Assembly (NCBI GenBank): GCA_038884715.1
Contig: JAWABG010000003.1
Coordinates: forward strand, 41,304-93,933
Origin: Candidatus Woesearchaeota archaeon
GTDB taxonomy: Archaea > Nanobdellota > Nanobdellia > Woesearchaeales > UBA9642
Direction: 5' to 3'
Length of the DNA: 52,630 bases
The translations under genes and the position numbers were made by a program. The notes beneath the pieces are model-generated. The model was not told the DNA's origin. It ran no database searches and worked only from the letters and a program-made list of their open reading frames with translations. Positions 1 through 8,303 of the stretch are shown here, piece by piece (the stretch's first letter is position 1; each line of letters opens with the position of its first letter).

Positions 1-384
1 AATTCAGAAAATAAACATAGCAAGAGTGCTGTAAGCATTGACTATTTTTTGAAATTTAAGTACAGCATAATAATCTTGGTCATAATTGGCATAGTGTTAT
101 TTATTTTCACCCGTGACATTATCGTTTTTGTGAGACTTTTCTTTGCATTCATAATTATTGTATACATTCCAGGATATTTGTTAAGTCTTTTATTATTTCC
201 TGATTGGGGCAATCTTGAAAAATCAATTATTTCTGCTTTTGTTGGAATAGCTCCAGTTTCTTTAGTTGGATACTGGCTGAGTATTTTTGGGATTAAGACA
301 ATAAATATTTGGTTTGCATTGATATGTTTTGTAATATCATTAATTTTAATATTTGTAATAATAAACAAAAGACAAAAGGTATAA
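1..384 (+). CDS. C-terminal part of a polytopic membrane protein (5' end lies outside the window)
   Basis: The frame of ORF 49..384 stays open back to base 1, so the TTG at 49 is probably internal. The product is very hydrophobic (IIILVIIGIVLFIF, FFAFIIIVYIPGYLLSLLLF, VGIAPVSLVGYWLSIFG, FALICFVISLILIFVII). No family recognised. Confidence 0.4.
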   Translation, partial: NSENKHSKSAVSIDYFLKFKYSIIILVIIGIVLFIFTRDIIVFVRLFFAFIIIVYIPGYLLSLLLFPDWGNLEKSIISAFVGIAPVSLVGYWLSIFGIKTINIWFALICFVISLILIFVIINKRQKV

Positions 385-502
385 TATATTTAAATTAATT
401 AATGTATATAAAAAATAATGTACATATTTCTCGGAATTCATAATTTTATTCTATAAAAAAAAGAAAACTATATAAATGTTGACAGGATTGTGAAATCGTT
501 AA

Positions 503-1273
503 TTGTATGGTGGAGATCATTTGTTAGGGGCATCTAGGTTAGATGGCGGAGTTATTAGAGACAAGCTTAAATTAAGCATCCTCTATCCTGCTTTTAATGA
601 AGAACAGAATGTAAAAAATATTCCGGTTGAATTATTGCCATATATTGAAAAACTAGGAATCCCATATGAAGTTATAATTATTGATGATGGATCAAAAGAC
701 AATACATTAAATGAAGCAATTAAGCTCAAAATTAAATATCCTGTTATTAGAGTTCTGAAGCATAAAAAGAATATGGGATTGGGTGCAGCAGTAAAAACAG
801 GTATTAAAAATGCTAAAGGTGAATTATTGGTTACTATAGATGGTGATTTTACATTTCATCCAAGGCAGATTAAGGATTTATTTAAAAGATTTCAAAAAGG
901 GGATGTGGATTGCGTAATCGGCTCTCCAACCCTGAAAGGGTATGGAAAGGATGTCCCGTCTTACAGAATTTTTTTAAGCAAAAGTGTAAACCTGCTATAC
1001 AATATCCTGTTAGGTAAGAGGATAACTGCAGTAAGTCCAATATTTAGGCTGTATAAAACAAGGCAGCTAAAGAAATTAAAGATTCAGGCAAACGGTTTTG
1101 ATATTAATGCAGAAATACTTTTTAGATTATTAGAAAAAAACAGAATTGTAACAGAAATTCCTGCCAGATTAACAACGAGAAAATTTGGTGAATCGAAATT
1201 AAATAATGTTAAAGAAATTAAGAATCATATAAAACTGTTATTAAGAATATTGAGCTGGAAAATCAAAGGATAA
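503..1273 (+). CDS. Family 2 glycosyltransferase (dolichyl/polyprenyl-phosphate sugar synthase-like)
   Basis: GT-A signatures: LSILYPAFNEEQNV, VIIIDDGSKDNT, TIDGDFTFHP (DxD-like), then a C-terminal amphipathic/TM region. The start is uncertain: the track uses TTG at 503, and the conserved core begins near KLSILYP. Confidence 0.8.
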   Translation: MYGGDHLLGASRLDGGVIRDKLKLSILYPAFNEEQNVKNIPVELLPYIEKLGIPYEVIIIDDGSKDNTLNEAIKLKIKYPVIRVLKHKKNMGLGAAVKTGIKNAKGELLVTIDGDFTFHPRQIKDLFKRFQKGDVDCVIGSPTLKGYGKDVPSYRIFLSKSVNLLYNILLGKRITAVSPIFRLYKTRQLKKLKIQANGFDINAEILFRLLEKNRIVTEIPARLTTRKFGESKLNNVKEIKNHIKLLLRILSWKIKG

Positions 1274-1293
1274 AGATAAATCAAGCGGTAAAA

Positions 1294-2382
1294 ATGAAAG
1301 TTGCAGTATTGGTTGGGACTAGACCAGAAATAATCAAGATGTCACCTATCATTAGGTATTGCGAGGAGTTAAAAAACAAAAAAGAAGATTTTGATTATTT
1401 TGTAATACATACAGGTCAGCATTATTCTTATGAGCTTGATAAAATATTTTTTGAAGAACTTGAACTGAAACCGTGCAAGTATTATCTTGAGGTGGGTTCA
1501 GGAAAGCATGGTGCAATGACTGGAAAGATTCTTGAGAGGATAGAGGCAATTTTAGAGCAGGAGAAGCCAAACGTTATTCTAGTTGAGGGCGATACAAATA
1601 GTGTTATGGCTGGCGCTCTTGCTGCGGTTAAGTTGCAGATAAAGGTAGGTCATGTTGAAGCAGGATTAAGAAGTTATGACAGAACAATGCCAGAAGAAAT
1701 AAACAGGGTTATAACTGATCATATATCTGATTATTTTTTTACCCCAACTGAACAATCAAAGAAAATTCTTTTGGGTGAGGGTATATCCGAATCAAAGATT
1801 ATTGTTACAGGTAATACTATTGTCGACGCTGTTTATCAGTCATTAGAATTATCATATAATAAATCAAAAATTATTGAAACCTTAGGGTTAAAAAATAAAA
1901 AATATGCCCTCGTGACTGCTCATCGACAAGAAAATGTTGACGATCCTGTTAAATTAAAAAATATCTTTAAAGGCTTTGAACTGTTGTATAGAAAATTAGG
2001 CCTTGAAATTGTTTACCCTATTCATCCTAGGACAAAAAAAAGGATAAATGAGTTTAAAATTAATCCAGAAGGATTTGTGAAGCTAATTGATCCTATAGGT
2101 TATTTAGATTTTTTGCAATTAGAAAAAAATGCAAGTTTGATACTCACTGATTCAGGAGGAGTTCAAGAAGAAGCTTGCATATTAAAAGTGCCATGTGTCA
2201 CTCTAAGAGAAAACACAGAAAGGCCGGAAACCATTGAAGTTGGGGCAAACATTCTTGCAGGAACAGATCCAATGAAGATGCTTAAATCTTCTGAAAAAAT
2301 GTTAAATGCTGGAAAATTATGGGAGAATCCCTATGGTAAGGGGGATGCAGGAAAGTTAAGTGTTGATTTTTTGTTTGAGTGA
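1294..2382 (+). CDS. wecB: UDP-N-acetylglucosamine 2-epimerase (non-hydrolysing)
   Basis: Full-length match to the epimerase_2 pattern: MKVAVLVGTRPEIIKMSPI, HTGQHYSYE, VEGDTNSVMAGALAA, HVEAGLRSYDRTMPEEINR, TDSGGVQEEA. It follows the GT2 gene on the same strand after a 20-nt gap. Confidence 0.9.
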   Translation: MKVAVLVGTRPEIIKMSPIIRYCEELKNKKEDFDYFVIHTGQHYSYELDKIFFEELELKPCKYYLEVGSGKHGAMTGKILERIEAILEQEKPNVILVEGDTNSVMAGALAAVKLQIKVGHVEAGLRSYDRTMPEEINRVITDHISDYFFTPTEQSKKILLGEGISESKIIVTGNTIVDAVYQSLELSYNKSKIIETLGLKNKKYALVTAHRQENVDDPVKLKNIFKGFELLYRKLGLEIVYPIHPRTKKRINEFKINPEGFVKLIDPIGYLDFLQLEKNASLILTDSGGVQEEACILKVPCVTLRENTERPETIEVGANILAGTDPMKMLKSSEKMLNAGKLWENPYGKGDAGKLSVDFLFE

Positions 2383-2394
2383 ATTTTTTTTGGT

Positions 2395-3035
2395 TAAATA
2401 GTGACCTCCTCCCCGCACTAAAGTGCGGGGCTTCCGGTGAAGCAGTCTAGGGAAGTTTGGTGGATGTCCATCTGATTTTTTATGTAATTGTCAAATATAT
2501 CAACGGTATTGAATCCAACGCTACTTGCGTAAGCGCCAGGGCTGAAAAAGTGCCCTCTTAGATACCTCAATCTGAATTTTGGCTGTTTCCTGAAAAGCTG
2601 GAAGCTTAGGTTACCCTTAAGAAGTTGCAATGCTTTGATTTGGCTCATGCTTGTAGGAGCTTCAACACTCATATAGATATGTTCTGGCATCACAAAAAGT
2701 TCCCTGATTGTCATATTGTGCCTTTGCGCAGTTTCACACAATATTTCCTTGCAAAGCTTTTTATACTTTCCCTGCTTAAACATCTCGTATCTGTATTTTG
2801 TGCACCATTCAAGATGGTGCACGTTGACGCCGACTTTGTGCGCATAATGTTTGATTTCAAGTTTTGACATACTGCTCGCCTCCGGCGAGTAGAGCTCACG
2901 CTAACTTGGGAAAGTTGGTGCGTGGCGCAAAAAAAATTTTTCGTTCGCCACGCATTTTATTGTTATAAGAATAGAAAAATGTATTGCTATTCATCCCTCG
3001 ACCTAAAGGCCGGAGATTTCTGGCTCTACGAGTTT
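2395..3035 (-). mobile_element. IS200/IS605-family insertion sequence, IS200 type (tnpA only, no tnpB); boundaries approximate
   Basis: A Y1 transposase ORF flanked by GC-rich hairpins that stand out from the AT-rich background: CCCCGCAC-TAAA-GTGCGGGG (2411-2430), CTCGCC-TCC-GGCGAG (2875-2889), TGCGTGGCG...CGCCACGCA (2919-2954), GCCGGA-GATT-TCTGGC (3009-3024). Subterminal hairpins are the hallmark of this IS family. The segment is visibly more GC-rich than its neighbours. Confidence 0.6.
2418..2870 (-). CDS. tnpA: IS200/IS605 family Y1 (HUH) transposase TnpA
   Basis: Typical about 150-aa TnpA: HUH motif in VNVHHLEWCTKYRY, conserved MPEHIYMSV, and a C-terminal tyrosine region (GHFFSPGAYASSVG...DNYIKNQ). 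Confidence 0.85.
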   Translation of the reverse strand: MSKLEIKHYAHKVGVNVHHLEWCTKYRYEMFKQGKYKKLCKEILCETAQRHNMTIRELFVMPEHIYMSVEAPTSMSQIKALQLLKGNLSFQLFRKQPKFRLRYLRGHFFSPGAYASSVGFNTVDIFDNYIKNQMDIHQTSLDCFTGSPAL

Positions 3036-3049
3036 AAAATGTTATTGAG

Positions 3050-3340
3050 GTGAAAAATTTGCAAGAAATTAAGAAGGTTGGAGTTTTAAGTTTAGGTAAA
3101 ATTTATGCAATTAGTGGAGCAATTGGCGGATTAGTTTTGGGGATTATCATTGCGCTATTATACAGTGTAGCGGGTATTTATACAATAAAACAAGGCGGTG
3201 GAGCTGGAGGATTATTATTTACTGGTTTTGGTGCAACATTAATAATTATTCTACCAATAATATATGCGGGATTTGGTTTTATAATTGGAGTAATAGTTTC
3301 TTTTGCATACAATATTATGCGGGTCTGGTTGGAGGAATAG
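3050..3340 (+). CDS. Small glycine-rich membrane protein (2-3 TM), hypothetical
   Basis: ORF with a GAGGTG Shine-Dalgarno-like sequence overlapping the GTG start (an in-frame TTG at 3059 is an alternative). Hydrophobic segments AISGAIGGLVLGIIIALLY and LIIILPIIYAGFGFIIGVIVSF flank a GGGAGG loop. Confidence 0.45.
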   Translation: MKNLQEIKKVGVLSLGKIYAISGAIGGLVLGIIIALLYSVAGIYTIKQGGGAGGLLFTGFGATLIIILPIIYAGFGFIIGVIVSFAYNIMRVWLEE

Positions 3341-3385
3341 AAATTGAATTGCAACAAAAATAATTAATAAAATTTTTTCTGTTTT

Positions 3386-3796
3386 TTATATAGAATAAAT
3401 CAGTAATGATATCACAATCCCGAGTATAGCACCAACGATAACTTGAGAAAGAGTATGACCAATATTTTTAGTTAATCTTTCGTGTTGAATATGATCTATT
3501 TTCATAATTTTATTTATAATTTCCGCTTGAATTCCTGTCTGTCTTCTAACCTTTAAAGCGTCATTTATAATTATCAATGTTAGAATTACACTCAGACCAA
3601 ATAATGCAGACACACCTTGTTCAAATAAAATTCCACCTGTAACTGCTGTCATCGCAGCAACATGAGAACTCGGCATTCCCCCATTCTGAAATAACATTTT
3701 TAGGCTGAAAAATCCTGTCTTGTTATACTCAATTAATGTCTTTATAAACTGTGTTATAATTATTGCCATTAATCCTGTTATAAAAACATCACTCAT
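3386..3796 (-). CDS. DUF212 / divergent PAP2 (acid phosphatase, vanadium-haloperoxidase-related) membrane protein
   Basis: Signature FQNGGMPSSHVAAMTAV plus the downstream NDALKVRRQTG...GHTLSQV pattern of the DUF212 family. Its ATG (3796-3794) overlaps the TGA of the upstream VWA gene (3795-3793) as an ATGA overlap. Confidence 0.75.
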   Translation of the reverse strand: MSDVFITGLMAIIITQFIKTLIEYNKTGFFSLKMLFQNGGMPSSHVAAMTAVTGGILFEQGVSALFGLSVILTLIIINDALKVRRQTGIQAEIINKIMKIDHIQHERLTKNIGHTLSQVIVGAILGIVISLLIYSI

Positions 3797-4788
3797 GGTA
3801 CCACCCTAAATCTTGTGCTTATTAATCCCCACTCAACAAATATTAATATGAGACTTGCCAGAAGCAAACCCCAGCTTATGTTAATACTGAGCTTAGCTTT
3901 TTCAGACAAATTATTTATTTCCTGATATGCTGTTTTTAGTTTTTGAGTATTATCTGCCTTATAATTGGTTGCATTAGTAGAATTGCTTATTAGTATCATA
4001 GAATCTTCATTTATTATAGATGAGATATTATATGTGGTCGGCAAATAACCTATTGGCGCTGCCTCAGTGCCTATAGTTATTGTATAGACCTTAACATGAT
4101 TCTTATTTGCATAATCAATACTTTGCTTTATTGAGTCTTTAAGAAAATAACCAATAGTGTTACTTCCGTCACTCATCAGAATTATTACTTTGCCCTTTTT
4201 AAGGTTCTGTGATATTGTCTGAGGCTTTAGCAATAAATTTGTGCCTGTAATTATTGCTCCAGGAATATTGGTGCCACCTGACGCTTGCACCTCAATACCT
4301 GTTATAACATCTTCAACCCTACCCCTATCCGTAGTTGGAACTATTTCAACGATTGGAACTCCTGCAAAACTCACAACACCAATTTCTCCTTGAGTGTCTA
4401 AAGTTTTTACAAAATCAATAGCAGTTGTTTTTGCCATCTCAAGTCTTGTATGCTCTGCATCAAGATCAAGGGCTGTCATAGATGCACTTGTATCAATAGC
4501 AATAACGAAATCATTGTTGTTGCTCTCACCCTCATACCAAATAACTGTGCCTGCTGCTGCAAAGATCATGCATATCAAAATAAGTATTCTGAGTATTAGT
4601 ATTATATAATTCTTTGTCAAGAGTCTTTCTCCTGTTACTCTTTTGAGGGCTTCAAAATTAGCAAACTTTATTGCCTTTTTTTTAGTATGCTTTAAAAGAA
4701 AAAAATGAGTAATAACTAAAAACGGAACACTAATTAGATACCACAAAAAAATTGGATTCTCAAATTCAACTGTGATTCCAAATGGCAT
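3793..4788 (-). CDS. VWA domain membrane protein, BatA-like
   Basis: BatA-type N-terminus with two TM helices (NPIFLWYLISVPFLVITHFFLL; YIILILRILILICMIFAAAGTVIW). VWA MIDAS motif VIAIDTSASM, plus GGTNI and ILMSDGSNT, and a C-terminal TM helix. Confidence 0.8.
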   Translation of the reverse strand: MPFGITVEFENPIFLWYLISVPFLVITHFFLLKHTKKKAIKFANFEALKRVTGERLLTKNYIILILRILILICMIFAAAGTVIWYEGESNNNDFVIAIDTSASMTALDLDAEHTRLEMAKTTAIDFVKTLDTQGEIGVVSFAGVPIVEIVPTTDRGRVEDVITGIEVQASGGTNIPGAIITGTNLLLKPQTISQNLKKGKVIILMSDGSNTIGYFLKDSIKQSIDYANKNHVKVYTITIGTEAAPIGYLPTTYNISSIINEDSMILISNSTNATNYKADNTQKLKTAYQEINNLSEKAKLSINISWGLLLASLILIFVEWGLISTRFRVVP

Positions 4789-4984
4789 TTTATAATTATC
4801 TATTTCTATATTATCGACGTGTTTATTTTATTATCTCAAAACTTTATATGTATATCAACTTTATTTTAATTATATTAATTTATTTATATTAATTGTGTTA
4901 TTATTTTATATTCAATATTGTTTATTTTGTTGTTTATTATATTTTTATTCTATTATATATGTATATTCTGTATTATCTAGATAA

Positions 4985-5893
4985 TTATCTTTGCTGGTAT
5001 CTTAATAATATCGCTCTTGTTCTGAAATAGGTCATTATTGGCTCAAGGAAATCCTTATCAGTTTGCAGAATTAAAAAACCCCCCTTAATTTTTTTAAATT
5101 CTTTTCGAATTTCCTCTTCCTCTTTTTTAACATATGCCTTGTACTTATCAGCATATTGATTAACATCAACATACAGCTTTTCATTACTATAAGGATCCTC
5201 TAGTATATATTGGCCTGTTCCTTTTGGTAATTCCCTGTCTCTTGGATCCCTAACCATTATTCCAATAATGTCATATTTTTGGCTTAATACTTTAAGATAT
5301 CTTTGCCATTCACTCTTTAATCCTAAAAAATCAGAAACAATTATTATTAAAGCTTTTGTTTGTAAAAAACTCATTAAAAATCTTGATGCTTTCACAAAAT
5401 CAAAATCTCCTCCATAATTATTTGGATTTATAATTTCTTTTATAATCCTGTAATGAATCTGACGGCCAATATTTGGATAAATCTTTACGTTTAGTTTATC
5501 AGTAAACAAGCCAAGACCAACAGCATCTCCCGCCCTCAGTATTGCTAAGCTCATACTAGCAACCATTTCAGCTACATACTCTGCCTTTAATTTTCCTGTA
5601 CTGCTAAATAGCATGCTATTAGAGACATCAACAAGAAAAAACACATTCAGATTTTTTTCTTCTTCATATTCTTTTACTAAGACATCCTTTGCCCTAAGTG
5701 ATGCCTTCCAGTCAATTAAACTAGCATCATCACCAAAACTATACTGTCTATATCCCGAGAACTCCATACCTCTACCTTTGAATAGTGCAGTCCAGTTTCC
5801 TTCAAGAACTCTTGAAAGCATTGTCTTTCTAGCTAAGACTTCAAGCTTTCTAATTCGTTGAACTGTTTCAGCTTGGAATTCTTTTATTGGCAT
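4985..5893 (-). CDS. DUF58 domain protein (MoxR-associated, VWA-like)
   Basis: Conserved DUF58 block FSGYRQYSFGDDASLIDWKASLR followed by FFLVDVSNSM. Same strand as the MoxR and VWA genes. Confidence 0.85.
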   Translation of the reverse strand: MPIKEFQAETVQRIRKLEVLARKTMLSRVLEGNWTALFKGRGMEFSGYRQYSFGDDASLIDWKASLRAKDVLVKEYEEEKNLNVFFLVDVSNSMLFSSTGKLKAEYVAEMVASMSLAILRAGDAVGLGLFTDKLNVKIYPNIGRQIHYRIIKEIINPNNYGGDFDFVKASRFLMSFLQTKALIIIVSDFLGLKSEWQRYLKVLSQKYDIIGIMVRDPRDRELPKGTGQYILEDPYSNEKLYVDVNQYADKYKAYVKKEEEEIRKEFKKIKGGFLILQTDKDFLEPIMTYFRTRAILLRYQQR

Positions 5894-6154
5894 CTTAAAT
5901 CCTTTTAATTAAATACTTAGTATAAATTAATTAAATACTTAACATAAAAAATACTATAATGTATCTATATAAAGATTGTGGAAATAGCTAAGAATGTTTT
6001 TATATATATAGAAAAATGCTTTTTATCGAAATAGTTTAATTTAGTCTGATTATATTTTTAGAATCAATATTATTTACTAATGTTTTAAGTATTATTAATA
6101 TTTTATTGTATCCTAATATTAATATATGAAGAAAAAAAAGGATTGAGCAAAATT

Positions 6155-6186
6155 TGAAGATGTTTTTGTTTGAAGATGTTTTTGTT
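6155..6186. repeat. Perfect tandem duplication of the 16-nt unit TGAAGATGTTTTTGTT
   Basis: Read directly: 6155-6170 and 6171-6186 are identical. It lies in the 374-nt spacer between the moxR stop and the DUF58 start. Confidence 0.9.
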
Positions 6187-6267
6187 AATGCAAAAAAATA
6201 GATTTGTTACAAAAAATATTAATTATATAAAGAGACAAAATATAAAAAATGATAGTAACACAAATAT

Positions 6268-7374
6268 CTACAGTATTGGTACTTTCTTCAATATTTCATC
6301 AACGATCTGATCAGTATTTACCTCTTCTGCTTGACCTTCATAATTTAGGATTATTCTGTGTCTAAGAACGTTGTGTGCAATCTCTTTTACATCCATTGGT
6401 GTAATAAAAGGCTTTCCCTTTAGGAATGCGTGTGCCTTTGCAGCAATAAACAGTGCAATTGATGACCTCGGACTTGCTCCGTAATCAATAAATTTTCCGG
6501 CAGAAATATTATACTTTTTTGGATTTCTTGTTGCATCAACAAGCCTTATTATATAGTTCTCAACTTTTGTATCTGCATAAATTCTTTTTACATCATCTTG
6601 AATTCTAATAATAATATCAGGATTAACAATTGGTTTTAAATCAAAATCCTCGAATTTATGCAGTGTAATATTTTTGTGCAATATAAGAACCTCTTCATCA
6701 ATATCTGGATATAACATTAACAGTTTATATAAAAATCTGTCAATCTGTGCTTCTGGAAGTTTGTATGTTCCTAATGACTCCAAAGGGTTTTGTGTTGCCA
6801 TTACAAAAAATGGAACAGGTAATGGAAATGACTCCTTTCCAATTGTTGCTTGTCTTTCTTGCATGCTTTCTAAAAGTGCTGATTGTACCTTGGGGGGAGC
6901 CCTGTTTATTTCGTCTGCAAGAACAAAATTTGCAAAAATAGGCCCTTTAACTGTATAAAATCCTTTTCCTTCTTCATAAGTGGTTATACCTAAAATATCT
7001 GTTGGTAAAAGATCTGGAGTAAACTGAATTCTTGAGAATTGGCACCCCGAGATTTTTGACAATGTTCTGATGAGTAAAGTCTTCGCCAACCCAGGAATAC
7101 CTTCAACAAGAACATGACCATTACATAAGAGGGCTTCAATTAAGTTATCAACCATCTGATCTTGACCAACAACGACCTTACCTACTTCAGTTCTTATAGC
7201 CTCAAAAATGCTCTTGTAAATTAGCAATCTTTTTTTAAAATCATAACCATGAGAGATCTCAAATTCTTTTTTTTTAATTATGGCATACTCTTTCTCAATC
7301 TTCTCTCTTTCAGAAGCCTTCATACGTTTATTTAGAAAGTTCTCATATAAATAACTTCTTATTCTACTGAACAA
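6268..7374 (-). CDS. moxR: MoxR-family AAA+ ATPase
   Basis: Walker A GHVLVEGIPGLAKT, Walker B FVLADEINRAPPKVQSALLESMQE, TQNPLE, and the C-terminal lid GASPRSSIAL. It has an N-terminal extension of about 45 aa relative to minimal MoxR. Confidence 0.9.
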   Translation of the reverse strand: MFSRIRSYLYENFLNKRMKASEREKIEKEYAIIKKKEFEISHGYDFKKRLLIYKSIFEAIRTEVGKVVVGQDQMVDNLIEALLCNGHVLVEGIPGLAKTLLIRTLSKISGCQFSRIQFTPDLLPTDILGITTYEEGKGFYTVKGPIFANFVLADEINRAPPKVQSALLESMQERQATIGKESFPLPVPFFVMATQNPLESLGTYKLPEAQIDRFLYKLLMLYPDIDEEVLILHKNITLHKFEDFDLKPIVNPDIIIRIQDDVKRIYADTKVENYIIRLVDATRNPKKYNISAGKFIDYGASPRSSIALFIAAKAHAFLKGKPFITPMDVKEIAHNVLRHRIILNYEGQAEEVNTDQIVDEILKKVPIL

Positions 7375-7417
7375 GAGTAAACAACATTTTTAAATCAAAA
7401 AACCTTTTTCCAGAATA

Positions 7418-8224
7418 ATGCCAAAACAGTTAAGTGAAGCTGAAAAAAAAAGAATTCTTAAAGAGAATCATCATAAAAAGATAGACTATGCTCTAGAAAA
7501 AGCATTTCTTAAGGACTTTGATGTCTATAATCTAGTACAAGACTTTTTTGCAGAATTCCTAAATTTAAACTACAAATTTACTCATGAAGAACTAGTAAAA
7601 GAACTTGATAAGCTTTTTCTTGAGGACAAATTAAAAATTAAGATTATTAATTTTCTTGAAAAACTATCTTTCATGGAATTTAACAGTGATTCAGAGCCAA
7701 CTCAAGATGAGTTAAAAAGATTAATTTTGGAATTCAAGGAGATTATTAACCAGCTTATAATATTCCAAGAAGAAATACATAAGGGATTATTTGGTAGCAT
7801 AATTTATTGGTTCAAACAAAAATTCAGAACAATAAAACCAAGAAAAGAAGTTAAAGAAATAAAAATTGAGATACCAAACGGTATTGAAATACCTAAACAC
7901 ATTCAAAATGAGAATAAAATTCCAGTTCCGAGCCAACCAGTGAAACAAACAATACCTCCACAAAAAAAACAACCAGAAATAAAGAACCAACAACCAAAAC
8001 AAACAGCAGTCTCAGTAATTCAATCAACACAAAGCGGAACAACAAGACCTCTTTACAATGTTACCTTTTTGATTAATCAAATCAACCAGCATATTGCAGC
8101 AAAAAAAATACCCCAGGCCAGAATATTCTATAAGCATTTAATAGGGATATATACAAATGCTTCACCAGAAAACAAGAAAAAACTTTACCCCATTATAATT
8201 AATCTACATTCAAGGATAAAATAA
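7418..8224 (+). CDS. Hypothetical protein with a P/Q/K-rich linker
   Basis: Long ORF, helical N-terminal half, low-complexity stretch PVPSQPVKQTIPPQKKQPEIKNQQPKQT. No family recognised. Confidence 0.4.
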   Translation: MPKQLSEAEKKRILKENHHKKIDYALEKAFLKDFDVYNLVQDFFAEFLNLNYKFTHEELVKELDKLFLEDKLKIKIINFLEKLSFMEFNSDSEPTQDELKRLILEFKEIINQLIIFQEEIHKGLFGSIIYWFKQKFRTIKPRKEVKEIKIEIPNGIEIPKHIQNENKIPVPSQPVKQTIPPQKKQPEIKNQQPKQTAVSVIQSTQSGTTRPLYNVTFLINQINQHIAAKKIPQARIFYKHLIGIYTNASPENKKKLYPIIINLHSRIK

Positions 8225-8303
8225 AAAAACAATAAAAAACAAAATTAAATAAAAAATTTAATCAAATTATCAATATTACTTTTTCTCTCAAGAATTGTTC
8301 TCC

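Noticed and set aside
1352-1570. Antisense or out-of-frame track ORFs nested inside well-supported genes. Examples: 1352..1570, 2625..2867, 2711..2899, 4394..4609, 5613..5861, 6674..6958, 7787..8002, 13013..13282, 14855..15163, 15865..16482, 18001..18345, 20005..20376, 26321..27099, 34739..35032, 37606..37860, 39595..39882, 46504..46794, 50361..50578.
   Set aside because: Each lies wholly within a longer ORF that has clear family signatures on the other strand or frame. Their translations are low-complexity or composition-driven (S/F/I/L-rich) with no motifs.
4789-4984. AT-rich spacers with short reiterated words (for example 4789-4984, 18818-19153, 20905-21164, 44145-44511)
   Set aside because: The reiterations (TTATTTTA, ATTATAAT and the like) are what a very AT-rich spacer produces by chance and by promoter-like TATA content. 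I could not define a consistent unit or spacing.
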